Assembly (NCBI GenBank): GCA_002633005.1
Contig: NMRA01000448.1
Span: forward strand, 248,001-312,000
Direction of reading: 5' to 3'
DNA length: 64,000 nt
DNA from: Phoronis australis
Lineage: Eukaryota; Animalia; Phoronida
Shown here: positions 14,028 through 26,140 of the stretch, one piece after another
Position numbering within the stretch: the stretch's first letter is position 1
Layout: each line of letters begins with the position of its first letter
Position numbers and translations under genes: made by a program
The notes under the pieces: generated by a model
What the model was told of the DNA's origin: nothing
Seen by the model: only the letters and a program-made list of their open reading frames with translations
Database searches by the model: none

Positions 14028-15094
14028 TTAAGGGGCAATAGTCCAAAAAGCTGACTGCCGTTCTTTCAGTCTACACAAACATGCACCTTCTCTTTCCATT
14101 ATCTTTTAACATAAAATATGAATTAAAACAGCAATTTGGTCATTGTTTGTTAGTTCGAAGCACATATAAATAATGACAAAGATTGGATATTCTGCTACTA
14201 ATGGACGTGAAGCCACGCGTCTCATGAGGCACCACTGTTTGTGTTGCAGCTCGCTGTCGACAACGCATGGTTGTAGGCAGATAGGGAATTTGGTACATTA
14301 ACCATTTTGATACATTGTATAAAAAGCGGATATCAAACATTGCCAACATCAACCATAGCCGTTTTTGTTCCATACCATTCACTTTCAATGAAACCTGTTT
14401 GAAACCTCTCAGATAAATCACTATGTTTTTCTGCAAATATTGGGGCCCGTTCCACATAAAATTGTTCATGTTTTGTATGTCCGCTACCAGCTATTCTAAT
14501 TATGCGGTGACCGCTGCCATAGCCGACTAGTCGCTAGTTCTCTAAAAAGGTCTGCCTCCAGGGTGCAACCTAATGCAATTTTTGAACTTACACATCACCA
14601 TGAAACGAGCCCAGTACTTTGAAAAGGAATGTTTTCAACAAGAGACAAAAATTATTACACGGTGGGTATCCTCACGTTTAGAATAAGTTGCAAATAAATG
14701 ATTAGGGTCTGAATTCAGTTCTTGGTGGCAAACTACAGAAGGATATAGTTATATTTACAAACAATACCGTGCTTGTCGATAGTTCAAAAATAATCAATTT
14801 TTGAAGTTAGCGCACATCTAAACAAGACTTTTAAATCTCAACTTCCTCATTTCCAAAAAGTAGGCCAACTCAGTATCCACAGATGACAAGACGTTTCTAG
14901 CAATATCGTTAGAGCTGAACATAGGAACCCCTTCAAAATCATTTTGAAACAGCACTTGCTGTCTGCTATGGAAAGCCCGATGAAAATACTGAACCATAAA
15001 TGAGATGATTTTAAAATCTTTTAAGACCATGATAAATTACACTTTGATTAACATGTATTGTGCATATTGCACTGCGTCCTAGTTGAATAACCCA

Positions 15095-15240
15095 AAAATA
15101 TTAATATTAATATTAATATTAATGATAACGATAATGGTAATAGTAGTAATAGCAGTAACAGTAGTAAAGGTAGTAATATTAATAATAGTAGAAAAAATAA
15201 TAATAGTAATAATAGTAGTAATAGTAATAAAAATGATAAC
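15095..15240. repeat. (AAT/AGT)n low-complexity microsatellite
   Basis: Read directly; it is the source of the spurious poly-Leu/Ile ORFs. Confidence 0.9.
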
Positions 15241-17164
15241 GGGTAGCCAAATTCATGCCGTTTCAGCCCGTAAGAGGTATACGAAAAGTGCCACCCAAAA
15301 GGTTTTTTCACAGCAAAAAAAACTCCAAAATGGTGCCATTTTCGACAGAATACAATCTAAAAGTGTGCCTTTTCCGAATTTATGGAACTGAACTGCGCAA
15401 AAATGTGAATTTTTACACAAAATCAGTGGTGCCATTTTTGACAGAATGTAATCTAAAAGTGTGCCTCTTCTGAATTTCTGGAACTGAACTGTGCGAAAAT
15501 GTGAATTTTGACACAAAATCAGTCTCTAAATGGGTCACTTTTTGTCCGAACCCACTCTCTAAACCGGGCATTTTTTGCATGTACACGTTCATGGACTGGA
15601 CGCTTATTTTAGCGAAGTCTGAAAACGCGTGGGGGGCGCTTATAGGAGCATGGGCGCCTATTAGGGCAAATATGATATCCACAAAATGTTAAAATGCATT
15701 GGCATCCAATAACTTAGTTTGAGACCAACATGAACACCAGCAGCCCAAGTACATCTTGAAAGCTACATGAATCGATAGATCACACAACGAGCAATCTTTG
15801 CAATGCACAATATTCAAAATATGATCTATACAGGAAATGAATAGGCAAGATAGTAGTTATGTAAAAGCACGGGCTATTAATAGCCTATTGCTATGGAAAT
15901 AGCAATGTAATACCAATCATATTGGTCAACTTCATCTTACCAAGCCGGACAGAATCAAATCAAGATTAATATCCGCCCAAGCCTCACAGGGACATGAGTG
16001 GCTGCCTAAGACTATCTTTCCACTTTTGTGTTACATCCTTCATTAGAAAATGATATCACACATGTCTACACTATGGAGAAGTCTTCTCCTTTTGGTATAT
16101 TAAGGAATCAACCCTACAACCTTTCATTCATTCATATAGGTAAACGAATTGAGAAATTGACGCTAGACTACCAAAACAGATGACACAAATTTTAGGTCTG
16201 TACTTTTCACCCAGGCCACCGAACAAGATTTTAGAGAAAGGCATTTTTACCTTCTACACGTTTAGATGAGCAGTTTATAAATATATTTTCACTACAAATA
16301 AGCCCAGTTATTACATGACCTCATTTCTTTTGGACTTTTTTCAGCTCAAGTATAAGACAACATTAACATCCATCTCCTAAGAGGGGTCTAACTTGTCGCA
16401 AGACTTGTTCAGGCACACTAGGTAATTCAGAGGGAGACCTTATAATCTTCTCAAGAATTCTTAAACAACGTGATACTTCAAAAATCAAATATTTCAAATT
16501 TCAACACATTACTGCAAGAACATGGAATTTTTATTAAGTCAAATTTCTCAACACATATGAATATTAATATTTTATACCACACATGTACATATACGTTGCA
16601 CAATAAAGTCACGTGCAACACGTGGAATAACTGGTCTACTAACAAAAAAGTCATGCGCGACAGACTACTTTCTCTGCATTGGATCAGTCTTGGAATTCCC
16701 ACTTATCTGGGTCAACAGCTGAATACAAACCGAAAATACTATGTTTAAAGATAGAATAAAATAAAAAAACAATTGAAAGTAAGCTAACGTAAATATTGTA
16801 ATCATTCTTCACAGTAATTATCAAAACATTGCGTAAAACAATGCAGTATGAAGCAAGAATGATCCAAAAGAAGCTTTTGATCGACGAAAGTCACAAATGA
16901 AATCTAGGTCAAATACAAGGCAAACTTGATCATTGGTAAAGGCGACAATACCAGTTTAGATACAAGCAAAAATATGAAAATCAAAATAAAACAGCTAAAT
17001 AAATTCCCAGGAAAATATACATGCAAACATCGCTTTTCTGCAATTTCATCAATATCGTTTGCTCAATCTCCATCGTCAGACTGAGTCAAGATGCATAGTG
17101 TTAGCGTTGACCTGTTTACAGCTGAATTCATTGTAATTGTAGTTCCATAGCAGTCAAAAACAGT

Positions 17165-17530
17165 GTGACGAGTATTAAAAGTGTGTTTACCTTGTTCTTA
17201 TCTTTATCTGCTAATTTCAAACTTGAGAAATTAAGAGATTAATGACCCGATTCTGTTCTCTTGTTTTCCTTCGACCTAGATAATTTACCTGTGGACGAGT
17301 GTTTCATGATGTGTATTCCGCCACTTGAAAGAAATCTTGTCCCCACAAAGAAACACGACGAAAAATGCCAAAATGTATGGTGTAATAAGGGTAGTGACTA
17401 GATCTCGGCATGATAAGAGTGATATATTTTCACTCAACCTTCGGTCTTGTGAAAATACTTCACTCTGATCATGCCTCGAACAAATCACAACCTATATTTC
17501 AACATACCTCATATAACCAATTTTTACTCT
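17165..17530 (-). mobile_element. Dispersed non-autonomous repeat, copy 2 (inverted relative to 8950-9345)
   Basis: Reverse complement matches 8950-9345. Confidence 0.7.
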
Positions 17531-17799
17531 ATTCTTCACTGTAGTGCTTATCTACTGACAAAGGGGCAATTGGTCTGAGACCCAACCAAGAGGGATGTTC
17601 TCTGAGAGGGGCCCTGATACACTGTAAAATGTAAAAATTACGTAAATGTAACAACTGCTACATTTTATGCTGCTAAGCCCTTCCTAAAATGTAACAAGTT
17701 GTTAGTAAAATACATTTTACATCAATGACCAGGTGTCAGAAATGAGCCATTGCTATATTCCACAAAACCAATGTCATATCACAAACAATTGGTATCTGT

Positions 17800-18665
17800 C
17801 GTGGCTGGGGGTACTCGAGTATTTTTGGACAAGGGGTGCCACCCGAAAATTTGGATACCTACCCATTTAGAGAGTGGGCTCGGATAAAAAGTTACCCATT
17901 TAGATAGTAACTTTGTGTAAAAATTCACATTTTCGCACAGTTCTGTTCCAGAAGTTCAGAAAAGGCACCCTCGTGGATAGCATTCTGTCGCAAACGGCAC
18001 CAGTTTGGAGACTATTTTTGCTGATAATAAACACCCTTTTGGGTGGCACTTTTCGTATACCTCTTCTATAGGAATAACCTCCGGGTTGACACGGCATGAA
18101 TTTGGCTTACCACTATCGTTATTACAATTACTATTACTATTACACTATACATGCTTAGAAAAGTGCTAATACATCATGGTTCTTTAAGATTTTAGAATCA
18201 TCTCATTTATGGTTCAATGTTTTCACTGCCGTATTGGACTTCCCATAATGCACAGCGAGTGCTTTTTCAAAAGGAGTTTAAATGGGTTCCTAGGTTCAGC
18301 CTTAACAATATTGTGAGAAATGTCTCGACAGCTGCGTGTTTAGTGCGGGCCTACTTTTTGGAAATGAAGAGGTTGAGACTTAAAATCTTGTTTAGACGTG
18401 CGCCAACTTCAAAAACGGATTTCTGAACTATCAGAGCAAGCAGGGCCTTGTTTGTGATAAAACTAATAGAACTAAAACAGGTGATTTTTCTATCAAATTA
18501 GCTTCTAAAATTGAATTCTTCCTGAAAATTCTGTTGTGGTCCTTTTTTCACGACGAAACGCGATAAACATCAGCCAAAATATGATGTCATTGTTTCTGTT
18601 GTGTTTACCAAGGGAAGTGAGTTTACTGTAATGTCCGATACACAATTGGTTTATTACCTGAGAGC
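17800..18665 (-). mobile_element. Composite repeat, inverted homolog of 12395-12605 plus 14740-15565; includes a GGGGTACTC...CCGGG-type MITE (about 17805-18086)
   Basis: Shared blocks in reverse complement, e.g. GAGGTATACGAAAAGTGCCACCCAAAAGG, TGAACCATAAATGAGATGATT and GAATTCAATTTT.GAAGC. Confidence 0.8.
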
Positions 18666-21600
18666 AGATAACTGAAAGTGATGCTCTAAAACGAGATGGG
18701 TTATTTTTTCCAAGTTATGTTTTGGACAAACCAATGAAGTATTTTAATTTTCAAATTCAATTTGGTCCACATTGATAATAGATGTAAAATTATTGAAACC
18801 AAGAAAGCAGAATTGATGGTCAAAATTTTTTAGTTTCAATTACGAGCCTGGTTTTTTATTTTAATGAAAAATATATTTAATAATGTCAATCATTCTTGCA
18901 GATCAATGACAAATCAACTGTTAGTCCCGGAAGTCCCTACTTCACTACCAGGACCTAGGCTATGCTTTGTGTTAATATTCTTGATCAACAACTAATTAAA
19001 CCAGGTGTGACTTGCACATGACAGCAAAATGCGATGAGAAACCACTGTCGAACATATCTTCAACTCATCAAAAATACGAGCAGATGACCTGGTTCATGTA
19101 GAAAGCATTTTTATCAACAATTTACAAGAAGATATGTAACCCTGCATTCAGCATGTACCTAATCCGTAACACGATCGTCACAATTTGGTCATATTTACTT
19201 TTCATTTTTATCACATGGTTTTCCAAAAAAACTTATACCCTTTTGTCAGACAACTCTATTGGTACATTGACTTGTTCTCTAATGTATTTTTCTACGTCTC
19301 TGTGGTTAATTATCAACACATTTTTAAGATTTAATATCCAGGTTGAAGTCGAAAGACCAACCATTTAAATCACGCCATGTCAACTTCCGCTTTGTTCATT
19401 GCAGTGAGCCTGGCTTTGGATTGTAATGTCCCCTAGAAACTATTAATATTAAAAAACAATGGAAAGCACATAGGGACATATCTATAAATTCAAACTGGCA
19501 CATTTACAGTATTCCTCCTGTGACAAATACCATACATACTCCTAAAATGTGACCTCTCTTTCCTAAAATGTAACAATGGTACATTTCTGGCATGTAACAA
19601 CTTGTTACATTTTAGGACAGGCCTGGCAACATAAAATGGAACAATGATCTGAAATGTAACAATTACTGTTACATTTTCCACATTACATTTTACAGCTATC
19701 AAAGCCCCATAAACATTGGTGCAATTTTCTTGTAAAGAGATCAAGTTTGAGTCTTGTAAAGACTTTTAAATGAGTAGATCGCGATACATACTACAAATTT
19801 TAAAAAACTGGGTCCCCAAACAAAAACTCCACAACCAGAGCTACTCCCAACCATAAATTCTATTTCCCTTTTGAGTGGTGCTTTATTGATCTTCAACATG
19901 TTTTGCTAGTCTTTGTCTTATCATTTAAGCCTGATCTGCGATCTTCGGGGCAATAAACAACACCCTATGCCAAGCCCAACACTGGTTCCACCTCCAACAT
20001 TTGCAAATTATAATTGTGAGGCCGCTTCCTGTGGTCCTGGCCATATAATACGAAAATATGAAAATTAATGGATAAACCACATCATCAAAATCAACCAAAT
20101 TTGCCTACTATAGCTACTCCGACAAGGTAGAATTGTGCGATTTGCCTTGAGTGTCAACATTATCCCAGAATCCTGTCAGGTCAGTTGAAGGCTAACGGAA
20201 TCCAGAGCTTGTCAATAATATTAAGGCAGCAACAGTGAGGTAACATGGATAAATTTAGAGCAGAAATCAATTCCTTGCAACAGCACAGCCTTCAATATGG
20301 CCATCCTCTCTGTAAATGTTTGTTTTAAGTGGAAAAATAGACCATGGCCTTTACATTATTGAATGTCACGTGTTCTCAGAACTACTCATCAAAGACTACT
20401 CTAACTCTGCACAACCTCCAAGTTGATTTTTCAATCAACAGAACAGATGAAAACAGGCAATTGGATATCCTACACTGATTGCAATATCCCCTTCACAAAC
20501 TGACACAAAACGTTAGCAATTTCACTAGCACTTTTAATTCCAACAAAAATGTCAGTCCTTTGTAATGAATGCTTGCAAGTGTCATGTTTGGTGGCGCTTC
20601 GCCCGGCAGTTTGAGATACGTACCCGATAACGACTGGCGTTTTTGCAAGCATTTGGGCCAGACCACATGCACATATGGTAGTTCAAAAGACATGGACATG
20701 GGCAAAGTGAGGACTTTGTTTATCATCATATTAATTAATCAATTCAAGGCAGTAAGTGAAATGTTCTGATATCAACTTTCACTTAAAAGCAACTCAGGTG
20801 GTGAGGAAACAACTGCAGGCAAAACTTGGAAGGACCATTTTATGAATCACGCATAGGTAACATGTACCGTCTGCTTTAGCCTTAGGAATGGGCTCGGTCG
20901 TTAAGGAACATGAGAGACACTCCTAATAGTCCGTTTAATTAAAAAATTCTGTTTGGGCAGCCATTGGCGGAGGTTGCCGGTTTTTCATTTCCGATTTTTT
21001 TTGCCGATGCGTTGTTAGTAAAGGCTAGGACTTTCGGGACCCCCACCAAGGGATTTCCTTGTTTTGGCGACCTCAGTTCCCACTTGGCGACCAGAGAATT
21101 TGCAAGGTCGGCAACCTGACATAATGCTACGCGTTGAGCCCTGGATATGATCATTTTTCAACCACAAATTGGTCACATGACCAAGGTATTAGCGCACAAC
21201 ACAGAATGTTTTCCAGATAGTGCACTCAGTTATCTTGTTGAGCAGCAGAAAACAAGAGTCAACCACAAGATTGATGTTATACATTAGGCCTACACTACAA
21301 CTAAATGATCAGATAGTTCTATTCAATGCCATCAAAGCAAAAACATGTTTTGTTATCGCAAGTCCACTGTACTGAGAATGAATGCACAACCAGAAATGCT
21401 TTCAAACATGTTTGAAAAGACATAATTATGAAGAACGGTACTAGATGTGTTCTAGGAAGTCAATTCTATAATTAGTGTACGGGGAAATGTCAGACTTGTC
21501 ACAGGGACATGGTTTACCATAAGAAATGGGAGGAAGATATAAGCTTTTGAGAAAAAGCATGACGGTAAAAACAAGGTTTATTTCATGGAGTCAAAAATTC

Positions 21601-22409
21601 CGAATTTAGCATGACATGACTTACCTGGTGACAACTATACCATACAAACTGTGCAAACAATGGCATAAAGTTCTTCAAAGTGTTAAGGGGTAATTTGACA
21701 AAATGAAATTTCTGTGTCACATTGCCTCCGAACTGGAGGATTTTTACCGTAATTTTTATTGGCTTCCTATGTATAACAAAAAGTAAAATAAAAGGATAGG
21801 AAACGTGGGCATAATTACAACAACATGCCAGACCATATGGTAACTTCAGACATTTTTCTGAACAATGGGAACATGAGAGCAGTCAACAAACAAAACTCAT
21901 TAAACAACAGCCTATCTTCACACAGATGACAGTCATAGTACATATATGTTCTTGTACCTAATGACTCTCTTATAGAACAGGTTTATGTAGCAGCTGACAA
22001 CAAACACTCTGAAAGCATAGGTCAGTTAAGCATGTTTGAATGCTAGATAACACAAGATGTTTGATGTTTTCAGCTGCTTAGGATGTGTTTGAGGAGCTTC
22101 AATTGCACTGCGTTATCTGACCAAGATAGACTTGTTTTGTAGCAATGTAAAGTGGCTTCACATATAAAATACCACACAAAAGTGGAACAAATAATTAGCC
22201 AGCTGAACAGAATAAGGCATTCCCTCCCTCGTCAGCAAGCAGTTTATGTACACGGTCTCCCCCCTCCCCCCCCNCGAGAGCGAAGCGCCCACTAGATGTT
22301 GCTGTTGCATCAGACCAACCAATGGAGATGTTTAGAGCCTCGAATTTGGTATTAACGAAGACAGATTAAGAGCGAAACGTTTTAATAATGTGCTCGAAAT
22401 ACAGAATGC

Positions 22410-25400
22410 AACAAGAGCAACATGGAGTGTTGAAATGCGCCTACAATTGCACCACAAACGGTGTGCTTTCTATGGGAGTTTTTAGTATCATAAAAATGGT
22501 CATTAGATGGTGCAGAATGCGTCAAACCCATCCGAATTGAGAAGGTGGCATCGTCACTGAAATACAAAACTATTTCCCAAATTTCATGAAAACACGCCAA
22601 GGAACTCCTAAGATATAGAGGCAAACGCAAAAAACAATCAACACATGGGGCACAGCTAAATTTCGATTGGTCTGAAACTCGTCATCTGTTGCCATCTCAA
22701 TAGAAACCCATCTGCCAAATTTTGCAAAGATCTTTCATAGGGTTAAGGAGATAGAGCCGGAGGTGCAAAAAGCAAAATTGCCTGTAAGGGGCGACAGAAT
22801 AGTCAAAAACATTGAAAAAATCAATGTCAGCCAGGGTTTCTGCATAAGGAACACATCTGTAACTTCTCATAATGACCCTTTATGCGGTATGGCAGATAGG
22901 GAAGTGGATGCCAGAAAACGAACGCAAAAATAAAAATGGCCACAAGGGGGCGTAAAATCCTTCCAATCCATCCGAAAATGGAATGGCATCATCACCTGGG
23001 TATTAAAACCCATTTACTGAATCTGAATCATCAAAAACAATCAAGGAACTCTGAAGATACAGAGGCAAACACAAAAACTAAAATTGCCACAAGGGTATAT
23101 TAAGGTCTGTTCAAAACTTGTCGTCATCTGTCTGTCGTCATCCACATAGGAACACACCTGCCATATTCTAATAAGATCCTGCAAGGGGTTTAGGAGATAC
23201 ACCCACAAACGCCGGACGCCCAGACAGAGATGACGGCAATATGCACCCACATATAATTATAAAGCGCATAAACAGCACAATTGTACCTATGCAGCGCCAG
23301 AATAGTCAACAACATCCGAAACAAAATCAACATAAGCCATGGGCTTCGCATCAGGAACATAACCGTCAATTTTCATAATCGTCCTTTGAGTGGTAGACAC
23401 CAAAAACATACATGAACATTTTCAAATGGCCACCAGGTGGCGTAGAAAAGATCAAATCTGTCCGAAAACGGGAAGGCGTTGTCGTCTCCATAAAAACCTG
23501 TTTGCCAAATTTCTAGAAGATACATTCAAGAACTCCGAAAAAACACAGGTAAAAGTAAAAAACATTTTGCTACTTGGGGGCACATAGATATTTATTTTGA
23601 CATCTGTTACCATCTGTCGTGGGCGCCAAAGGAACACATCTTTCAAATTTCACAAAGCTCCTTCAATGGGTTAAGCAGATTCAGCCTTAGACACAAAAAA
23701 ACAAAATCACCACTAGGGGATGACACAGTATTTGGTCTGTCCGAAAGTCAACTTCAGTCATGAAACACATCTGTAAATTCTCAAAATGATCCTTTAAACA
23801 GTATGGTAGATGGGGAGGTGGACGCCAGAAAACGGATGGAAAAACAACAAATATGACCACCAAGTGGTGCAGAAAACATCAAATCCGTCTGAAAATGGGA
23901 AGGCGTTGTCGTCTCCTTAATAGAAGCCCATTTGCCGAATTTCAGGAAAATACATAAGTGAAATCCTCAGATACAGAGGCAAATGTAAAAAACATTTTGT
24001 CCCTAGGGGGCACAGTGGTCTTTGGATCAGTTCGAAACTTGTTACTGTTTGTCGAGGACTCCACAGGAATACATCTTTCACAAAGCTCCGTCAAAGGGTT
24101 AAGGAGATTCAGACGCAAACATAAAACGTAAAAAAAATTTGCCACTAGGGGGCACAATGGAATCTGAATTCGAAAGCCAACGTCAGTCATGGCCTTCTCA
24201 TCAGCAACACATCTGTAAATTTTTATAATGATACTTTGAGCGGTACGACAGATAGAGAGATGGATGTCAGAAAACGGATGCAAAAATAACAAAAATGTCC
24301 ACAAGGTGGCATAAAATTTGTTGAATGCACCCAAAACTGGAATGGCATCAACCTCGCTAACTTTCTGATAAATATTTTGTCATTTAGGATCATGACAAAC
24401 AGCAATAATGATGATGAATTTCAGTCGCGCCAAGGCACCATAGGAGGCATTCCAGGTTATTTTGTCTAATACCCGACTTTTGAAATGGCCACGTCATATT
24501 GAAGTGCACTTTCCCGCCAGACGGCAAGGAAATCTTTGGTGGACAGGCGTTTAGCACCACCTACAGATCCCACATAATGCGAAAGGGAGGTTTCAACCTA
24601 CTGGGATATTCAAGGGCATTTCAATACCCTTCCTGCTATCATAATACCGGCAGATTTTTACTGCTGTGTGGTAGGGTGTACTAATGGCTTACAGAACAAA
24701 AGCAACGCGGAGCAATGAAATGGACCCATGACTGCACCACAAACAGTGTGCTTCTAGGGCTGTATATTTGTATCGTAAAAATGGCCATTAGGTGGCACAG
24801 AATACATTGAACCCATCCAAAAATGGGAAGTTGTCACCGTCTCTCAAAACTATTTGCCAAATTTCATTCAAAATCTGTCAAAGACCTCAAGACACAAAGG
24901 CAAACGTAAAAAAACAAACTGCCATTAGGAACCACAGTGGTAGTTACATCCGTCTGCCTGATGTCAATTTAATAAGAATTCAAATGCAAAATTTCAAAAT
25001 CTTCATGTAAGGGGTTCATGACAAGTAGATGCCAAAAATGCCACTAGGGGGCACCGCAGTAGTTGCAAATGCACATCAGTCATGCTCAGTAGGAAAAAAT
25101 CTGCCAATTTTCATAATGATCCTCTATGGTTTGGCAGATAAAGAAGCAGACAACAAAAAAACAGACTAAGAAATAATTACAAGAGCAACGCAGAGCGTTG
25201 AAATGTGCCCAGGAATGCACCACAAATGGTGTGCTCCTAAGGGTATTTATTTGTATCATAGGAATGGCCACTAGCCCCGCAAAATACATCAAATCCATCA
25301 GTAGTCAGATCCGTCACAAAGTGGTCGTAGTCCATCCGTTGTCAACTTCATATAAACACACTTGCTAAATTTAGTAAAGATCCTGCAGAGGGTTTAGGAG

Positions 25401-26140
25401 ATACAATCATGGCCACAAAAGAAAACAAAACTGCCACTAGGAGGCACCACAGCAGCCGAAGTCGTCGGAAAATCATTGTCAGCCGTCCTCCTCTTAGTAA
25501 GAACATACATGCAAATTCTCATAATCATCCATAGAGCGGTTTGGTTGATAGAGGGGCGCAATCCAAAAAACAGACTCAAAAACAGTAAAAATGGCCACTA
25601 GATGAGTCGTTGTGTCGATCCGAAAACAGGAACATGTCATTTCGTTAATACAAAGCTATTTACTAAATTATATAAAAATCTGTCAAGGAAAATTAGAGAA
25701 ACAGAGAAAACAGAAAAAATGAAATTGCCACTATGGGTCACAGCGTACGTCAAATCCGTCTAAAGGTCGTCATTGTCGTCTGCACTCAACTTCATATAAA
25801 TAGACTTGCTAAATTCAATAAAGATCTTGCAGAAGGTTTAGGAAATACACCCACAGGACACAAAAAACAGGAGGCGCGACAGTAGTTGAAGTTATCTGAA
25901 AATCATCCTTAGCCATACATTCCCAGTAGGAAGATATGTAATGACAATTTTCACAATCAATCTTTAAGAGTGGTTTGGTTGATAGAGGGCCGGAGGCCAA
26001 ACAACAGACTACAAAACAGAAAAAATGGCCACCAGGTGGAGCAGAATTCCTTGTATCCATACAAAAATGGGAAGATAGCGTCATCTCACTAACACATGCT
26101 TATTTGCCAAATTTTATTAAAATCTGTTGAAAACCTTTGC
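22410..26140 (+). mobile_element. Cluster of Helentron/DINE-like non-autonomous elements with internal ~140-160 bp tandem subunits (trimeric ~435 bp higher-order unit)
   Basis: The common head AACAAGAGCAACGCGGAG..TGAAAT...TGCACCACAAA.GGTGTGCT occurs at 22410, 24695 and 25179. Periodic subunits carry CCACTAGGGGGC-type motifs. A tail-like GACG/GACA tract and terminal hairpin lie near 23200-23272. The classification is inferred from architecture. Confidence 0.75.
24403..24690 (-). mobile_element. Probable SINE/LINE 3' fragment inserted between tandem-repeat elements
   Basis: The minus strand ends in ...CCTTGGCGCGACTGAAATTCATCATCATTATT, a microsatellite tail typical of L2/CR1-mobilised elements. 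The sequence is unrelated to the flanking repeats. Confidence 0.4.

Larger units (their letters stand above)
11876..15675 (+). mobile_element. Decayed Tc2/pogo-like (Tc1/mariner superfamily) element ends enclosing nested repeats
   Basis: 11876-12049 (TA|CCGTATTCGCCC...AAGCTAGAATTCATCAAATTTACGCTC) matches the left part of the 58045-59313 element. 15566-15675 (...TTAGCGAAGTCTGAAAACGCGTGGGGGGCGCTTATAGG...TTAGGGCAAATATGA|TA) matches its right end. Confidence 0.8.

Noticed and set aside
15048-15391. Poly-Leu and Ile/Val-rich membrane-protein-like ORFs
   Set aside because: They are translations of an (AAT/AGT)n microsatellite.
20970-21118. Small hAT-like MITE with AGGTTGCCG termini
   Set aside because: The inverted match is only ~9 bp and there is no 8-bp TSD; this is insufficient support.
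22410-26140. Regularly spaced conserved motif resembling a CRISPR-like repeat/spacer array
   Set aside because: The spacers are homologous to each other, the period is ~145 bp, the context is eukaryotic and there are no cas genes; this is a tandem repeat.
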